Below are positions 39,967 to 54,300 of a stretch of DNA of 64,000 bases, piece after piece. This DNA comes from Octopus vulgaris (lineage: Eukaryota). The notes beneath the pieces were generated by a model. That model saw nothing but the letters and a program-made list of their open reading frames with translations. It made no database searches and was not told the origin of the DNA. The position numbers and the translations under genes were made by a program. The DNA is taken from contig OX597823.1 of assembly GCA_951406725.2 (NCBI GenBank), forward strand, positions 102,982,001 through 103,046,000, read 5' to 3'. The number at the start of each line of letters is the position of its first letter. The first letter of the stretch is position 1.

Positions 39967-41312
39967 AACCAACACCTACTTCATACATTTGACGATTGAC
40001 TGATAACACATTGGAAAGGACTTGAAGTGCCTTTATTCTGATTTCTGTACGGATTTCATGGCTGAAATATAAGTTCCAAAAATTAAAATTACTTTATTAA
40101 AACTAATAATTTATGTGCAAAGTTAAACATGAGTGTGAAAAACAGGCTAAACATTAAAGGCATTAACCAATGAGTGGAATAAAGATAACTGCACTGGTTT
40201 GGGAATGTTTAGCCCTAGGGTAACTCCTGTTCAAGCAGCTCTTTAGATCAAAGGCATCCCAGCTGTGACTATCACCATCTATTTAGTGGTATCCAGGACA
40301 TTATTTAATGTGGCCTTTTGTTTTTTAAAAAATGGCATGATGTGATTTGGAGGAGATTCAGTTGCCTTTTCTATGCTCCCTTATGGTTTGTGGGGTGGTG
40401 GACATGTAATGTGAATACGAAGTGGAACAAGTATTAGAAAGGTATCTGTTAGAGTAGTAAATCACTCGAGGAAGACTTAAGAAATGTTCGGGGCAGATAG
40501 AAGAATGCTGTGATTTACAAATGAAAAGATGTGCAATTCAGACAAATGGCGATATGAGGTTGTTGTTGTTTTTTAGCCTCAGGACTATCCTGATCTAGCT
40601 AATCTAAGACCACAGATTTGACCTTTCCAGCTTTGACCACTCCATTTTATTTTCAGATACAATGTATCCAGGACTACATTATCCAATATGTTCGTCTTTA
40701 GACAGCAGAGTGTCATCTGAGAGTAATTTGGCTGCTATTTCTAGCAGATCGAGTGACCATAAAGAAGGTCCTTCATTGAATTTGTGGAAAATGTTTGCAA
40801 CAGCTTTCTATTATCAGCATTTCCAAAATATGTGGCTGGTCCTACTGTGTGAGTAATCTAACAGCTGGCTGTTCAGCTGTCATATATTGAAATTGATAGG
40901 CAAAAATCTAACATATATATATATATAAATGGATGAATGAATTATCCTTTGTTTACCGTTAACATGGAAAATTCAATAAACCGTTACCAGGGTAGCAAAA
41001 TTCACGCAAGTAACAAGGATGTAGCGACCTATTCAAAGGTAGAAACTCCAGGTGAATGTGGAGTAATTTGTGTAGTATAAGTAAATAAATGCAGTTGAAC
41101 GCAGGTGTTATTCAAATTCTTTTACTTTCGACATGTTTCGAAGACGACATTGATTTTATTCCAAAGGAATAAACGGTGTAAAATAATGTGATCTTCTCAT
41201 CAGGAAAGAAAGAGAACCCATCTCAAAAACAAGACGTTATAACAACTTTGATGACTGCATAAATGATAAACAGAACGCTATTACGTATTTTTAAACTCCA
41301 TTTATTTACTTA

Positions 41313-41346
<34 letters not shown>

Positions 41347-44300
41347 GAGGGACGTTCAATAAGTAATGCCTCTGACCCACTTGCAGTTGTTTGATCTAGC
41401 TGAAATTTTGCATGTGCAATCATTTATATCTCTATAGAGTAAGTGGCAAATTACAGCTCTGAATTAATTATGGTTTCTGATTTACAGGTGTTTGGACCGA
41501 GTCAAGTGTGAAATGGAGCCTGTTGAGTGTCGAGCAGTGATCCGGTTTTTGTATTTGAAAGGACGCACACCACGGGAGACTTTTGATGAAATGAAAGTAA
41601 CTTATGGTGATGATGCCCCATCATATGACCTTGTAAAACGCTGGCATCGTGAATTCAAACATGGTCGGAACTCTGTGGAAACAGCTCCCAGATCTGGTCG
41701 TCCCCTTCTGCCATTGATGAGGCATCTGTCCGTCAAGTTGAGGCTGCCATTTTGGAAGATCGACGCATAATTATTCGCTAAATAGCCCATGAGGTCAAGA
41801 TTAGTACCGGGTCTGTGGAAACTATCATTCATGACCATTTGCATATGCAAAAGGTGTCTGCCAGATGGATTCCCAGGTTGCTCACGCCTTTCCAGAAGCA
41901 AGAACGCGTCGAGTGCTTGAGGGTGAATTTGGAGATGTGCCAAGAAGATGAGTCAAAATTTTTCAAAAGACTGATTACACAGGATGAAACCTGAGTCCAT
42001 CACGATGATCCAGAGACCAAAGCCCAGTCAATGCAGTGGAAGCACCGTGACTCACCCCCTCCAAAGAAGGCAAGGGTGCAGCCCTCTGCTAGCAAGGTCA
42101 TGCTCACAGTCTTCTGGGACCAGGACGGAGTAGTGATGACAGATTTCCTGGCAAAGGGTACCACAATTGCAGGAGCCTATTATGCTTCACTTTTGAGGAA
42201 ATTAAGAGAAGTTATCAAAATCGAGAGGCGGGGCAAGATCAACAAAGGCATCCTCCTCCTGCAGGATAACGCTCCAGTCCACAACTCGCTTGTCGCCAGA
42301 TCAGAAGCACAGGCATATGGCTATGAACTCCTCCCCATCCCCCCTACTTTCCTGACCTTGCACCCTCTGATTTTCACCTCTTCCCAATCATGAAGTTGTT
42401 TTTGAAAGGAAAGCGTTTCCCAGATGATGCAGCCTTGATTTCTGAAGTCACGTTGTGGTTGGAGGACCAAGCTGGGTTCTTCTACAAAAACAGTCTCCAG
42501 AGCCACATCAAACGATGGGAGAAATGCCTAACTCTGGGTGGTTCCTATGTAGAAAAAGACTAATAACTGTGCCAAGTTTCGTTGCTCTACTGCTATGGGA
42601 AGTGGGTCAGGGGCATTACTTATTGAACGCCCCTCGTATATATATGAGTAGCACTTGTTTAGTTTAATTTTACTTATTTCTTTTATAGTATAGTCCCACC
42701 CATGCTAGCATGGAAGGCATATGTTAAACGATGATGATGATGACGACGACAATGGTGGTGGTGGTGGTTATGATGATGATGAAAGTAAAGACCCCGTGTT
42801 TTTTCATGTTGGTATAGCTTGATGGGTCTGTTGAGTCTGCAATACCTGTCATATCTCTGCAATCTCAGAGGGAAGCTAAATGCTGATAACAGAAAATTGT
42901 TGCAGACATTTGTCATAAACTCAATAACCAACATACCACAGGATTTTCTGTTAGGGTTCCCCATTTCTTGGGTTAGTAGCTTTTACTACCACCTTGGTAG
43001 ACTAATTAGAAACTTCTAAGATCTCATGCACACACACCACCACCACCAGCATCCTCCTCCTCCCCCTCATCATCATGATTTAAAGTCTGCCTACCTATTT
43101 TTTTACTACCCACAAGAGGCTAAACACTGAGAGGACAAACAAGGACAGACAAACAGATTAAGTCGATTACATCGACCCCAGTGCGTAACTGGTACTTAAT
43201 TTATCGACCCTGAAAGGATGAAAGGCAAAGTCGACCTCGGCGGAATTTGAACTCAGAACATAACGGCAGACAAAATACAGCTATGCATTTCACCCGGCGT
43301 GCTAACGATTCTGCCAGCTCACCACCTTTTATAAACATTATCATCATCATCAAACATCTGTATTCCATACAGGCATGGGTTTGATGGTTTGACAGGATCC
43401 AACAGGCTAGAAGACTCGCTGAGCTTCAATGTCTGTTTTGACATGGTTTTTATGACCTGATACCATTCCTAATAACAATCACTTCACAGTGTGTACTGAG
43501 TGCTTTTTTCGTATCACTAGCACTAGTGAGGTCACCAGGTAACTTGCAAGACAAGGCCCTTGATTGAGGTGAGGAAATGCAGTATTGAGGCAGGTGGCTT
43601 TGTGCCAGGTGTTGAGAGATAAGAGTATGTTAGAAGGGTAGAAAACAGGTGTCTCACTGTAGAAGAAATACATGGCTTAGAAAAAAAAATACCTAAAATA
43701 TTTCTCTAAAAGTTGCTGAAGGTTTTCTATCCAATTCTCTTCTCCAGGATGTAGACTTTCAGCTGTATGATCTATCAAAGATATTACAGATGCTGCCTGC
43801 AAAAAAATGGATAACAATGATTAGAATTTAAAGAATAAAGAAGATTTTGGGTGGGACTGTAAAAAAAAACAACTTTTATAACAATTCTATAAGATTCTAC
43901 AACAATGTACAAGAATTAAGAACATTACTAACAACAAGATTTATTTTTTTAAATAAATCTTAAATCTTTTAGAACTTTTACTGACTTTAGACATTTGACT
44001 ACGGCCATGCTGGAACACTGCCTTCAAAGATTTGTCTGGAATTTACTTTAACCAGAATATAACCAAATTTTCATGAACACGTTCTGCTACACTACTCCAA
44101 CACACACAAACAAACAAACAATGAGCTACTGCACAGTGTACTCTGAAAATTTAAGCCATAAGCTTGTGGTTTTGATTCAAGGCAGTGGTAAGATCAGATT
44201 CATTGCCAAGGTGCTAAGCAGTGAGACTGAACCTGAAACCATGTGATTGTGAAGTGAATTTGTTAACCATACAGCTATGCTTTGATTCTATAACAAATTG

Positions 44301-47300
44301 TCAGCAATAACAACATTGTAAAGACTATTGAAAAGTCAAGACTATTTAAAAGGTTGCAAGACGCAACGAAAGTTTTAGGAAAATAAAAATAAGAAAAATG
44401 TGGAAATTTTACCGGTGAGTGTGTTACATAATAAGGCACAAAAAGAAAATGACTCTCCCCAGACACAACAGAATATGCTTCAACACACGAACTCATATAA
44501 AGAATCTTGCAAACCAAATCAAAACATTGTAAAAGAAATTACTGATTTATTTTTAAAGAAGCGACTTACAGGTCTTTTTGTTGCACAAGATTCTATAATA
44601 CAAAATAACTTAGTCGTAGAGCCACTGTAAAGTCGATGTAGTTGAAGAGTTTCGATATCTGTCAAAATACTGTGTAAGCTTTCTTCCATAGACACTTGGC
44701 TTGGCGGAGACCACTGAAAAAGAAATAAAATTAATGCAATTTGTCAACATCATCATCATCTCCTCTTTCTATGCTAGCATGGGTTAGATGGCTGGACAAG
44801 ATCTGATGTGCTGTAGGGCTGCATTGAGCTCCATTGTCAGCTTTGGCATGGCTTCTAAGGCTGGATGCTCTTCTTAATGCCAGCCACTTTACAGGGTGTG
44901 CTGGATGCTGCTTTCGTATTGCTGGCACCAGTGAGGTTGTCAAGTAAGTTGCAAGGCAAGAAAAAAAAAGGACGGGAAGGAAAACAGAAGGGGAGGAAAA
45001 GAAAAAGCTGTAGAAACAATGCCAAAGCAAACCCTGGAGGACAATGCAGCTCACTCTATCCTATCAAACCATGCAACCTATGCCAGATAGATATGAGAGA
45101 AAGAGAAACAAAGTCTTACATACAGGTAATTTATAAATAACACACACTCACACACACATAAAGACTCCCTTCCGCCATGAATGACCATGGAATGCACCTA
45201 GAGAGTTGCCCTCTGGCGCGCAAGTCTGGGCAAGGTTGTTTATGGAAGACCAGCAGTCGCCCGTGCATACCAGCCGCCTCTCTCTATGCCATCAATATTA
45301 TCCAAAGGAAAGGCAAAGGCTGACACAGCTTGGCACCAGTGACATTGCAACTCATTTTTATGGCTGAGTGAACTGGAGCAATGCGAAATAAAGTGTCTTA
45401 CTCAAGAACACAACACAGAGCTCAGTTTGGAAATCAAACTTACTACCTCATGATTGTGAGCCATGTGCCTTCACACACACACATACATATATATATAATA
45501 CAAAGTAAGATAGGGGTTATGGGTGTAACCTACTATGGGATAACTGTTGGTAAAGTACCCAGATTCCTAATACATAAATGTTTTTAATTGCAATGCAATT
45601 AACTCATTTATTGTATTAAATGGGTGAAGGTAAAGAAATATTTTTACCGTAAATTTATAATACAAATAAGAAAATGGAGAAACAAATTTAGTTTGTTCAT
45701 CAACTTTCGGATATTAGAATGTTGCATTATTTATGTTGGATTCTAATATCCAAAAGTTGATGAACAAACTAAATTTGTTTTTCCATTTTCTTATTTGTAT
45801 TATATATATATATATATATGTGATGTGTGTATATATATATCATCATCATTTAATGTCCACTTTTCTATGCTTGCATGGATTGGAGAGAGTTTATTGAGGA
45901 AGTAGCTTTATGACCAAATACCCTTCCTGTCTACCCAATCTACTCATAAGGCTTTTGTCAGCCCAGGGCCTTAGTATAAGAGGCTAGCCCAAAGTGCATG
46001 GTCCAGAAGCCAACTTCTTAACCATACAGCCCCGTTCATACCTATAGTGGCCATGTTTGCACCTATAGCCATGCCTACATCTATACAATAAAAAAAGAAA
46101 AGCATCTCAATATATTTGACACAAGACAAACATGGTAGGCATTTAACAAGAATGGAAACTACTTCAAATGAGAACAATACATCGGAATTAAATACTTACT
46201 TCAGGGTTTTTCAACAATGTACTTAAAATATCCAAAACTATATCCCATCCAGCATAGGTCAATATTTGACCATATCTCTTCACCAAATGACCAAGACTAA
46301 GAGTGACTTCAAATGCTACTAGCTGACTTCCACAATCTAGTACCTACAAGAAAACAAGACAAAACAATAGGAATAGTAATTATATAGGTTAAGTTAGCTA
46401 AACTTGGAATTTATTCCACACACACACACACACACACAAGAGGTATGTAGTCACTGCCTGATATTAATATATATAAATTCCATGTAAAATGCAGCAGGAT
46501 TTGTAAAAATAGTGGCAATGTTTGAATATTTACACTACAGGTTTACCCTATATATTACATCAAATTGTATGCTGGAAAATACAGTATTCCAACAATTAAA
46601 GCGTACCATTAAGCAACACATATATACACTTTCATGCTTACAAACATACAAATACACATGAACGTACAAGTGCACATTGATGAGCTTGTATGCACATATG
46701 CATGCACAAATGAGCATATCTATGTACATATACACATCTTTGTGCAAGCATATATATATATGTGCATGCACATACACACACACACACACAATTAAGGAAC
46801 ATAGGAAAAAGAAATTACTGAAAACAGTAATAGCAGTACCTGTCTAAAAGAAGGTAACACAGATGATGGTGGCTGACTGAGACTTGTCACTTTCTTTGAC
46901 CCCCAGAGAGCCATACCCAAATAATAGACAGCTGCTCGAAGCACTTGCTCATCAATGGGGTGGTTTCTGTTGAGAGGAAAACAAAAATAGATGGATTTTA
47001 GATTTCATTTATTTAAATATTAATTTTTGCTTTTAAAAACTTTTTTTGACTGGTCTTCACTTATTGGACCATGACCAAGCTATGCTAGTGTCCCCTTAAA
47101 GGATATTAGTCAATAACATTACATCCTCGCCACCACTAGTACTAATCTGGGTACTTATTTCATTGGTCTCTACATAGTAATGGCACATGGCATAGCGGTT
47201 AGTGTGTTGCACTAATGATTACAAGATCATGGTTTCAATTCTAAGACTAGGTGATGCATTGTGTTCTTGAGCAAAACACTGCATTTTACTTTGCTCTGTG

Positions 47301-48269
47301 ATCACTTTAACACCTGAAATGTGGCACACCATGCACCTGTTCAGGTAATGTCAGTTTGATGGCAGGAGTGAGATTATGTGCGGCATAAACATTTATTCTT
47401 TTATTTGTTTCAGTCATCTGACTGCAGCCATGCTGGAGCACCGCCTTTAGTTAAACAAATTGACCCCAAGACTTATTCTTTGTAAGCCTAGTACTTATTC
47501 TATCGATCTCTTTTGCCGATGGGGATGTAAACACACCAATTTCAGTTGTCAAGCAATGGTGGGGGCATAGACACAGAAACACACAACGAGCTTTTTTCAG
47601 TTTCCGTCTACCAAATCCACTCACAAAGCTCTGGTCAGCCTGAGGCTACAGTAGAAGACACTTGCCCAAGGTGCCATGCAGTGGGAGTGAACCTGGAACC
47701 ATGTGGTTGGTGAGCAAGCTACTTACCACACAGCCAGTCCTGCACCTATTTGATCACAATAAACAGATCATCAGTGCAAGCTGCTCCGCAAGAAATTGTT
47801 GAACCCTCATCTGTCATCAACAAGAATGTCCACAACTGATCAAACATCTACATATTGGATTACTTTCTTTTAGGGACATAATCACCACCAGGCATCTCAG
47901 CTCAATGTACTGACTATGTTTAGTCCGAGATCAGATTTGATCAAGCAGACCTATGATCCTAGACAGTCCAACCATGACCACACTGACTTTTCTATATGTA
48001 TAACTCAGGGCCATATTATCCTATGTGTCCCTTTTTTTAAAAAAAGATGTTGGGGTGCTATTTGAAGGATATTATGTGGTTATTATTACTAGCAGATTGA
48101 CTGACTACCTACAGAGTCTCCTGTTAGCTTTGTGATCTGCAGTTATCCAGGAAGGGCATAGGCAGCTTCAGTTTTATCAGTTTGAAAAGGAAAGCAAAAG
48201 TCCGGGGACACTACCTATTCCTCACCCGATTAAAATATTTCAAAAAAGGTATAGATAGATAGGGAGAGA

Positions 48270-48330
<61 letters not shown>

Positions 48331-51300
48331 AAACTATACATATGCAGTTGAACTCATCACTATAATCGAACAGAACACTTCTACCTTAACAGTACCCTCA
48401 CCACCCATACCATTTCTAGCAGTTGTAAACAATACCTTATTAGGGCATATCTTTTTACACACTTATTGACCCATTTCAGTATCAAATGTATTGGCCATGG
48501 ACACAGTAAAGTGACAGGATGCAAAAAAATTCTTTCATCAATGGCCAAACATTCCAACAACCCACTCACTGTGACTGCAGCTGTCAAATAATTTAATTTA
48601 ATTAATTAATCAATTAATGAGGAAAAGAAGAAAGAAAACAAGGAAATAAAGAAAAAAGGTAGGAGAAAAGAAAGAAAGAAGGAAAAAAGTAAAAGAGAAA
48701 CGATGGGATAAAGGAAACAGAACAACAGAGTAGCTACTCACTTTTCTTCCAGCAGACAACACATAATGTGAATTACATGATGGCCAAGATGTGTACTTAG
48801 CAACTTCCTCATCACCTGCAGAAAAGAAAGAACATTCATCAAGTCATTTTACATCCATCAGAGATAATGATGGTTTCAAATTTTGGCACAAAGCCAGCAA
48901 GTCCAGGGAGCGGGTAAGTCAGTTACATCAAGCCCAGTTTTCAACTCGGACTTATTTTATCGACGTCAAAGGGTGAAAGGTAAAGTTGATCGTGGTGGAA
49001 TTTGAACTCAGAATGTAAAGGACAAAATTTGAGAGAATAATGAAGAAGAGTAATAAGTAAGATCTCAGTCAGTGAATATCTTTATTCTTTTGTTTGTTTC
49101 AGTCATTTTGACTGCAACCATGCTGGAGCACCACCTTAAAGGGTTTTCAGTAGCAGAAATCAATCCCAGGATTTATTCTTCGTAGGCTTAGTACTTATTC
49201 TATAAGTCTCTTTGCCAAACTGCTAAGTTACAGGGACGACAAACATACCAGCATCAGATTTTCAAGTGATGGTGGGAATGGTGGTGGTGGTGGGGGGGAC
49301 AACGACAAACACACACACACACACACACATCATCATCATTTAACATCTGCTTTCCATGCTAGCATGGGTTGGATGATTTGATTGAGGACTGGCGAACCAG
49401 ATGGCTGCACCAAATCCACTCATAAGGCTTTGGTTGGCCTGAGGCTATAGCAGAAGACACTTGCTCAATGTGCCATGCAGTGGGACTGAACATGGAACCA
49501 TGTAGTTGGGAAGCAAGGTTCTTACCACACAGCCACGCCTGTGAGCTACATGTTCCATTTACAAATGTCGACATGCTATATTTACTGATATATAAATGAA
49601 CACATTAAGTTGAAAATAAAAAGTAAACAAAGCGAAAACAAAAAAACATATTTACCTCCCAACTTGTGGTTGCATTATTGCGGATATTAAGTGTGCGACA
49701 TAATACTGTGACAATATAGGTTAAACAATTTGCTGGAACACATTGAAGATCGATAACCAAACCCAAAAGTTCTACACATTGCTGCAAAACAAAATATCAA
49801 GTATCAATCATTAGATTAAAAAAAAGTTAATCCTGAGAATTTTCTGAATCATGGATTAAAGTTACATTGATAATTTCAAGAGCAAAACTCATTGATGGAG
49901 AGGAGTAATATTTTATATTTAGAATATAAGATCAGGTTTCTCTCATATTATTTTAACCATGTTATCTTTCTTTTTTCTGTCAGTTAGTAGTATGCTTTTA
50001 TAATACATCACATAGCTTCCGTATAAGAGAAATTAGTACGTGGATGGTACTTTATTTTATCAAACCACAGGAGAATGAGTGTTGACTTCAATGGGATTAT
50101 AACTCAGAATATAAAGGGTTTAGCTAACTTCTACAGAGCATTTAGTCCAATATTCTAATTATGTCAATAATAATAATCCTTTCTACTACAGGCACAAGGC
50201 CTGAAATTCTAGGGAAGGAGCTAAATCAATTACATCAACCCCAATACTCAACTGGTACTTCATTTATCGACCCTGAAAGGATGAAAGGCAAAGTCAACCT
50301 CAGTGGAATTTGAACTCAGAATGTAAGTACGGACAAAATGTCAGCAAGCATTTTGCCCAGCGTGCTAATGATTCTGTCAACTCACCATCTCAAATAATAA
50401 TAAAAATAATAATCCTTTCTACTATAGACACAAGGCCTGAAATTTGGGGGGAGGGGAGGCAAAGTGAAATAATAGTAACAATGGTTTCAGATTTTGGCTC
50501 AAGTCCAGCAATTTTAAGGGAGGAATAAGTCAATTGCATCGACCCCAGTGTTGAACTGGTACTTATTTTATTGACCTTGAAAGGATAAAAGGCAAAGTTG
50601 ACCTCAGCTGCATTTGAACACAGAATGTAAAGAGTAATCAAATGCTACTATGTATTTTGTCTGACATGCTAACGATTCGGCCAGTTCACTGCTTTTAATA
50701 ATAATAATTATAGGGGGAGGGACTAGTCAATCACCTCGGCTCCAGTGTTTCACTCATACTTAATTTATCAACTCCGAAAGGATGAAAGGCAAAGTTGACC
50801 TCGATGGAATTTCAACTCAGAATGTAAAGACAGACGAAATGCCACTAAGCATTTTGCCCAGTATGCTAACGATTCTGCCAGCTTGCCCACCTTAATAATA
50901 ATAATAGTTTTGGGAAGAATTAAATAGAAAAAGAATTTTTTCTTACCTTAATATCATTTAAATTTTTGACTTTGGTAATCAACATACATGTTGACCTTTG
51001 AACAAAATATGCAAAAACATGATTAGAATAATATCAAAACTTTCATGAAGTTACTCAACATTTTCAAACAAACAAAAAATGCATGGATTTTAAGATATCC
51101 ATTTAAGCAAGTAGCAACGAAAGAGCTTTGACAAAAAAAAAAAGCAAAACAAATGACTTACTATTTAACCAATTTAAACAAGCAATCAATTAGTTAGTTG
51201 GATATTTAACCGATTGATTAATAATTAAGGAGTGGAATTGAACTAGTGCATGTGTCAATATTGGCATAATGACTTTCCCATGATAGCAATTAAAAAAAAA

Positions 51301-54300
51301 AAAACAAGCTAAAATGCTGATAAGGACTTTTATAGAAGTTTATGACAAAAAATAAATTTCCAAGTTGGAACCTCTAGACAGTCTCTTGACCTAATAGAAA
51401 TAGCAACAAATTCCCTTACATCTCACTCTATGAGTGATATATTGAACAAAAGATGGAATGGTCATGGCTGGAATGCCTGTCATCATAGCTTTGATGAATG
51501 AGACCTGAGGCTAAACAACAGCAATATAAATGTTTATATCAATACAGTCAGTTCTTCTGCATCTGCTAATCAAATACTTTTGATTTACAGTTACTTCCGC
51601 TACTCACACTTTTTCAACATGCCTTATGCCAGTTAGCAAGGCCCCTCCCAATGAGCAGCAACTTCAATTAACAGATGTAATACCCAGGAATCACTGAAAG
51701 TTAGCATAAGGCTTATTTAACATTTTTAGCTTGCCTTTTTTTGTCAATATTTGAAAGAGGCTAAATTACTCTGGGTCCCATTTCCAACAACAGACATTAC
51801 AATAACAGTTGGACATTGGACAAGGTACCAGAATCCAAGATATATATATATATATATATATATGATGATGATGATGATGATGATCTTATCTATTATTTCA
51901 TGTTGCGAAAGCACAGATAGAAACTCATGCCTTCAACAACCCATGAAGATCTTGTAGAAATACTCATATTTTTACAGGTGTAACATAATCCATAAACTTT
52001 GTCTATACTAATTTAATCTGAAGAGAAGCAACAGTGTCCATAATTTCTAGGCACTTTTAGATTGAGTCGAAGGGTTAGGAACAGATGGGCAAGGTTAATG
52101 TTCAGTTTGATCTTTCAAAGATAAGAATTTGTAGGGAGAATTATTCATGAAGAGTCCTTTTATGGTTTTTATTAGTTTACCTCTAATATTTTTTCATACA
52201 TTCATGAGAGAAATAGTAGATTTGTTAGAACAATAAGTTTAATACATTGTCACTCTGACCCTACCTCCAATCACTCAACTATGAAAAAAAGGAATGACAC
52301 TTGTTAGTTTCATCTCTATTTTTGTGTTACTTGCTACATATAATCTGTAACCAACAACACGATGTCAGTAATAAGATTTGAACACATGGCCGGTTGGTCA
52401 GTGGTAGCCTGAGCTAATAATTAGAGAAAAGTAAGTTTCAGATAGTTTTACTAAATTCTTTGAATATCTTAAAAAATTTTGAAAATAATCTGAAGACTTA
52501 AATTTATTTCATAAGATGTCCAACCTTTCCATTGGACAACTGCAACCTGGTCACTGCAGTAGAACAGAGCCAGTGACCAGGTGGCACTTATGCAAAAACA
52601 ATTTTGACAACACACAAAATAAATTAAAAATTTGAATGACTTTTCTACAAATGTATTTGTGTCGGATTAGTTTACTTACTAGAAATGTACAGCTTCAAAA
52701 TTTGAAGTCTTTTAGCCTGAAATATGTTCACTAAAAGATTAAACCAGTAGAATAAATCTAAAAGATTAAATCATTTATTTCTAACCATCATCAAATCCTG
52801 AAACCTAAAAAGGTTCTTTCTCTCTCCTCAAACTAACAAATTAAAAGTACAAGCATCCCCAGCATTACAAAGAATTGCAATCCTGAAAATGTAGCCATAA
52901 CATAGAATTCCACAACACAAAAAGCTTTTTCCCTTTGACTATCATTGACTTCCATGAAACATGAGACTTGGTGATGAGGATGTAATACTCAAGATCACGA
53001 GACCATGATTTTGATTCTCAGAATGGGTGATGCATTGTGTTCTTGAGCAAAACACTTCATTTCGCATTGCTCTGCAATCACTTTAAAACCTGACATGTGG
53101 TGCACCATGCACCTGTACAGGCAACATTGATTTGATGGAGAGAGTGAGCTAATAATGTGCAGGATGAACATTTGTGCAGGTTGTTAAACAAGAAATTGTG
53201 GAAGAGGGACTGAGAAACTACCAAGAATGGCACATGGGAACCAATGGAAAATACTCTTCCCATTACAGGATGCCATGTTACAGCAAGAAGGTCAGAAATG
53301 CAACATTTTCATAATGGGGGAGATGATTGTTAACTAAAAAGGAAACATATAAAACATTTCCTGATAGGGAAAATATAAAACCAATTCCAATCCAATTAAA
53401 AAGAAATAAAAGACAGAGAAGAAGAATTCTTAGGAAGAATTAATATTACTAAAAACAACAAAACAAAATAATGATAAAATAGCAATGCCAGTTATAATGA
53501 AACAATCAATTCAGTGAGTAGGAGTGAAGAATGTGTAGAATACATACTGGATGATAGTTGATAAAGACTGTTCATCAAAATAGCCGACATTATTTAAGAT
53601 TGCATTTACGACTAAAGTGAGAAAATTTGAGATGTAAGTCAATTTGGTAATTTCCTGAATCAATATTGCCAGCAAATGAGCTGCAATAAAAAGAAATTAG
53701 ATTTTTTTAAAAAATATTAAATATTAAATTCATAAAATTATTAAGTCAAAGCACCAAAAAAAAAAAAAAAAAAAAAAAGATTCATTAAATCTATTAAACC
53801 TACTAATGATTACTAACAGTAATCAATTTACATTGTTAATTTATTTGGAAATCACAGGGATATGGGCCTCGAAGATTGTGATGATGAGAGACAAATGTTG
53901 CCCTGGATAGGACCTTAGTCTCCCAAAATATAGCAAATTGAAGTACTGTACAATTACATTATTCAGCCCACAGAAACTCCTCCTCATCATTATTTTTTAA
54001 CATCCATTTTCCATGCTGGCATGGGTTGGACGGTTCGACTGGGGTCTGGGAAGCCAGGAGGCCGCACCAGGCTCCAGTCTGATATGGCAGTGTTTCTGCA
54101 GCTGGATGCCCTTCCTAACGCCAACCACTCCGAGAGTGTAGTGGGTGCTTTTTATGTGCCACCGGCACAGGGGCCAGAGTGGGCTGGCATTGACCACGAT
54201 CAGACGGTCCTTTTTATGTGCCACTGGCACAGAAGCCAGTCAAGGCTGGGGTGGCATCAGCCACATTTGTATGGTGCTTTTTACATGCCACCGGCACAGA

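Noticed and set aside
39764-40009. SL- and RE-repeat ORFs
   Set aside because: Read-through of the (GA)n tract; only 39980-40061 is a real exon
43245-43326. tRNA gene candidates at SINE heads
   Set aside because: A/B-box-like motifs are present but there is no complete cloverleaf, and each continues into SINE body sequence
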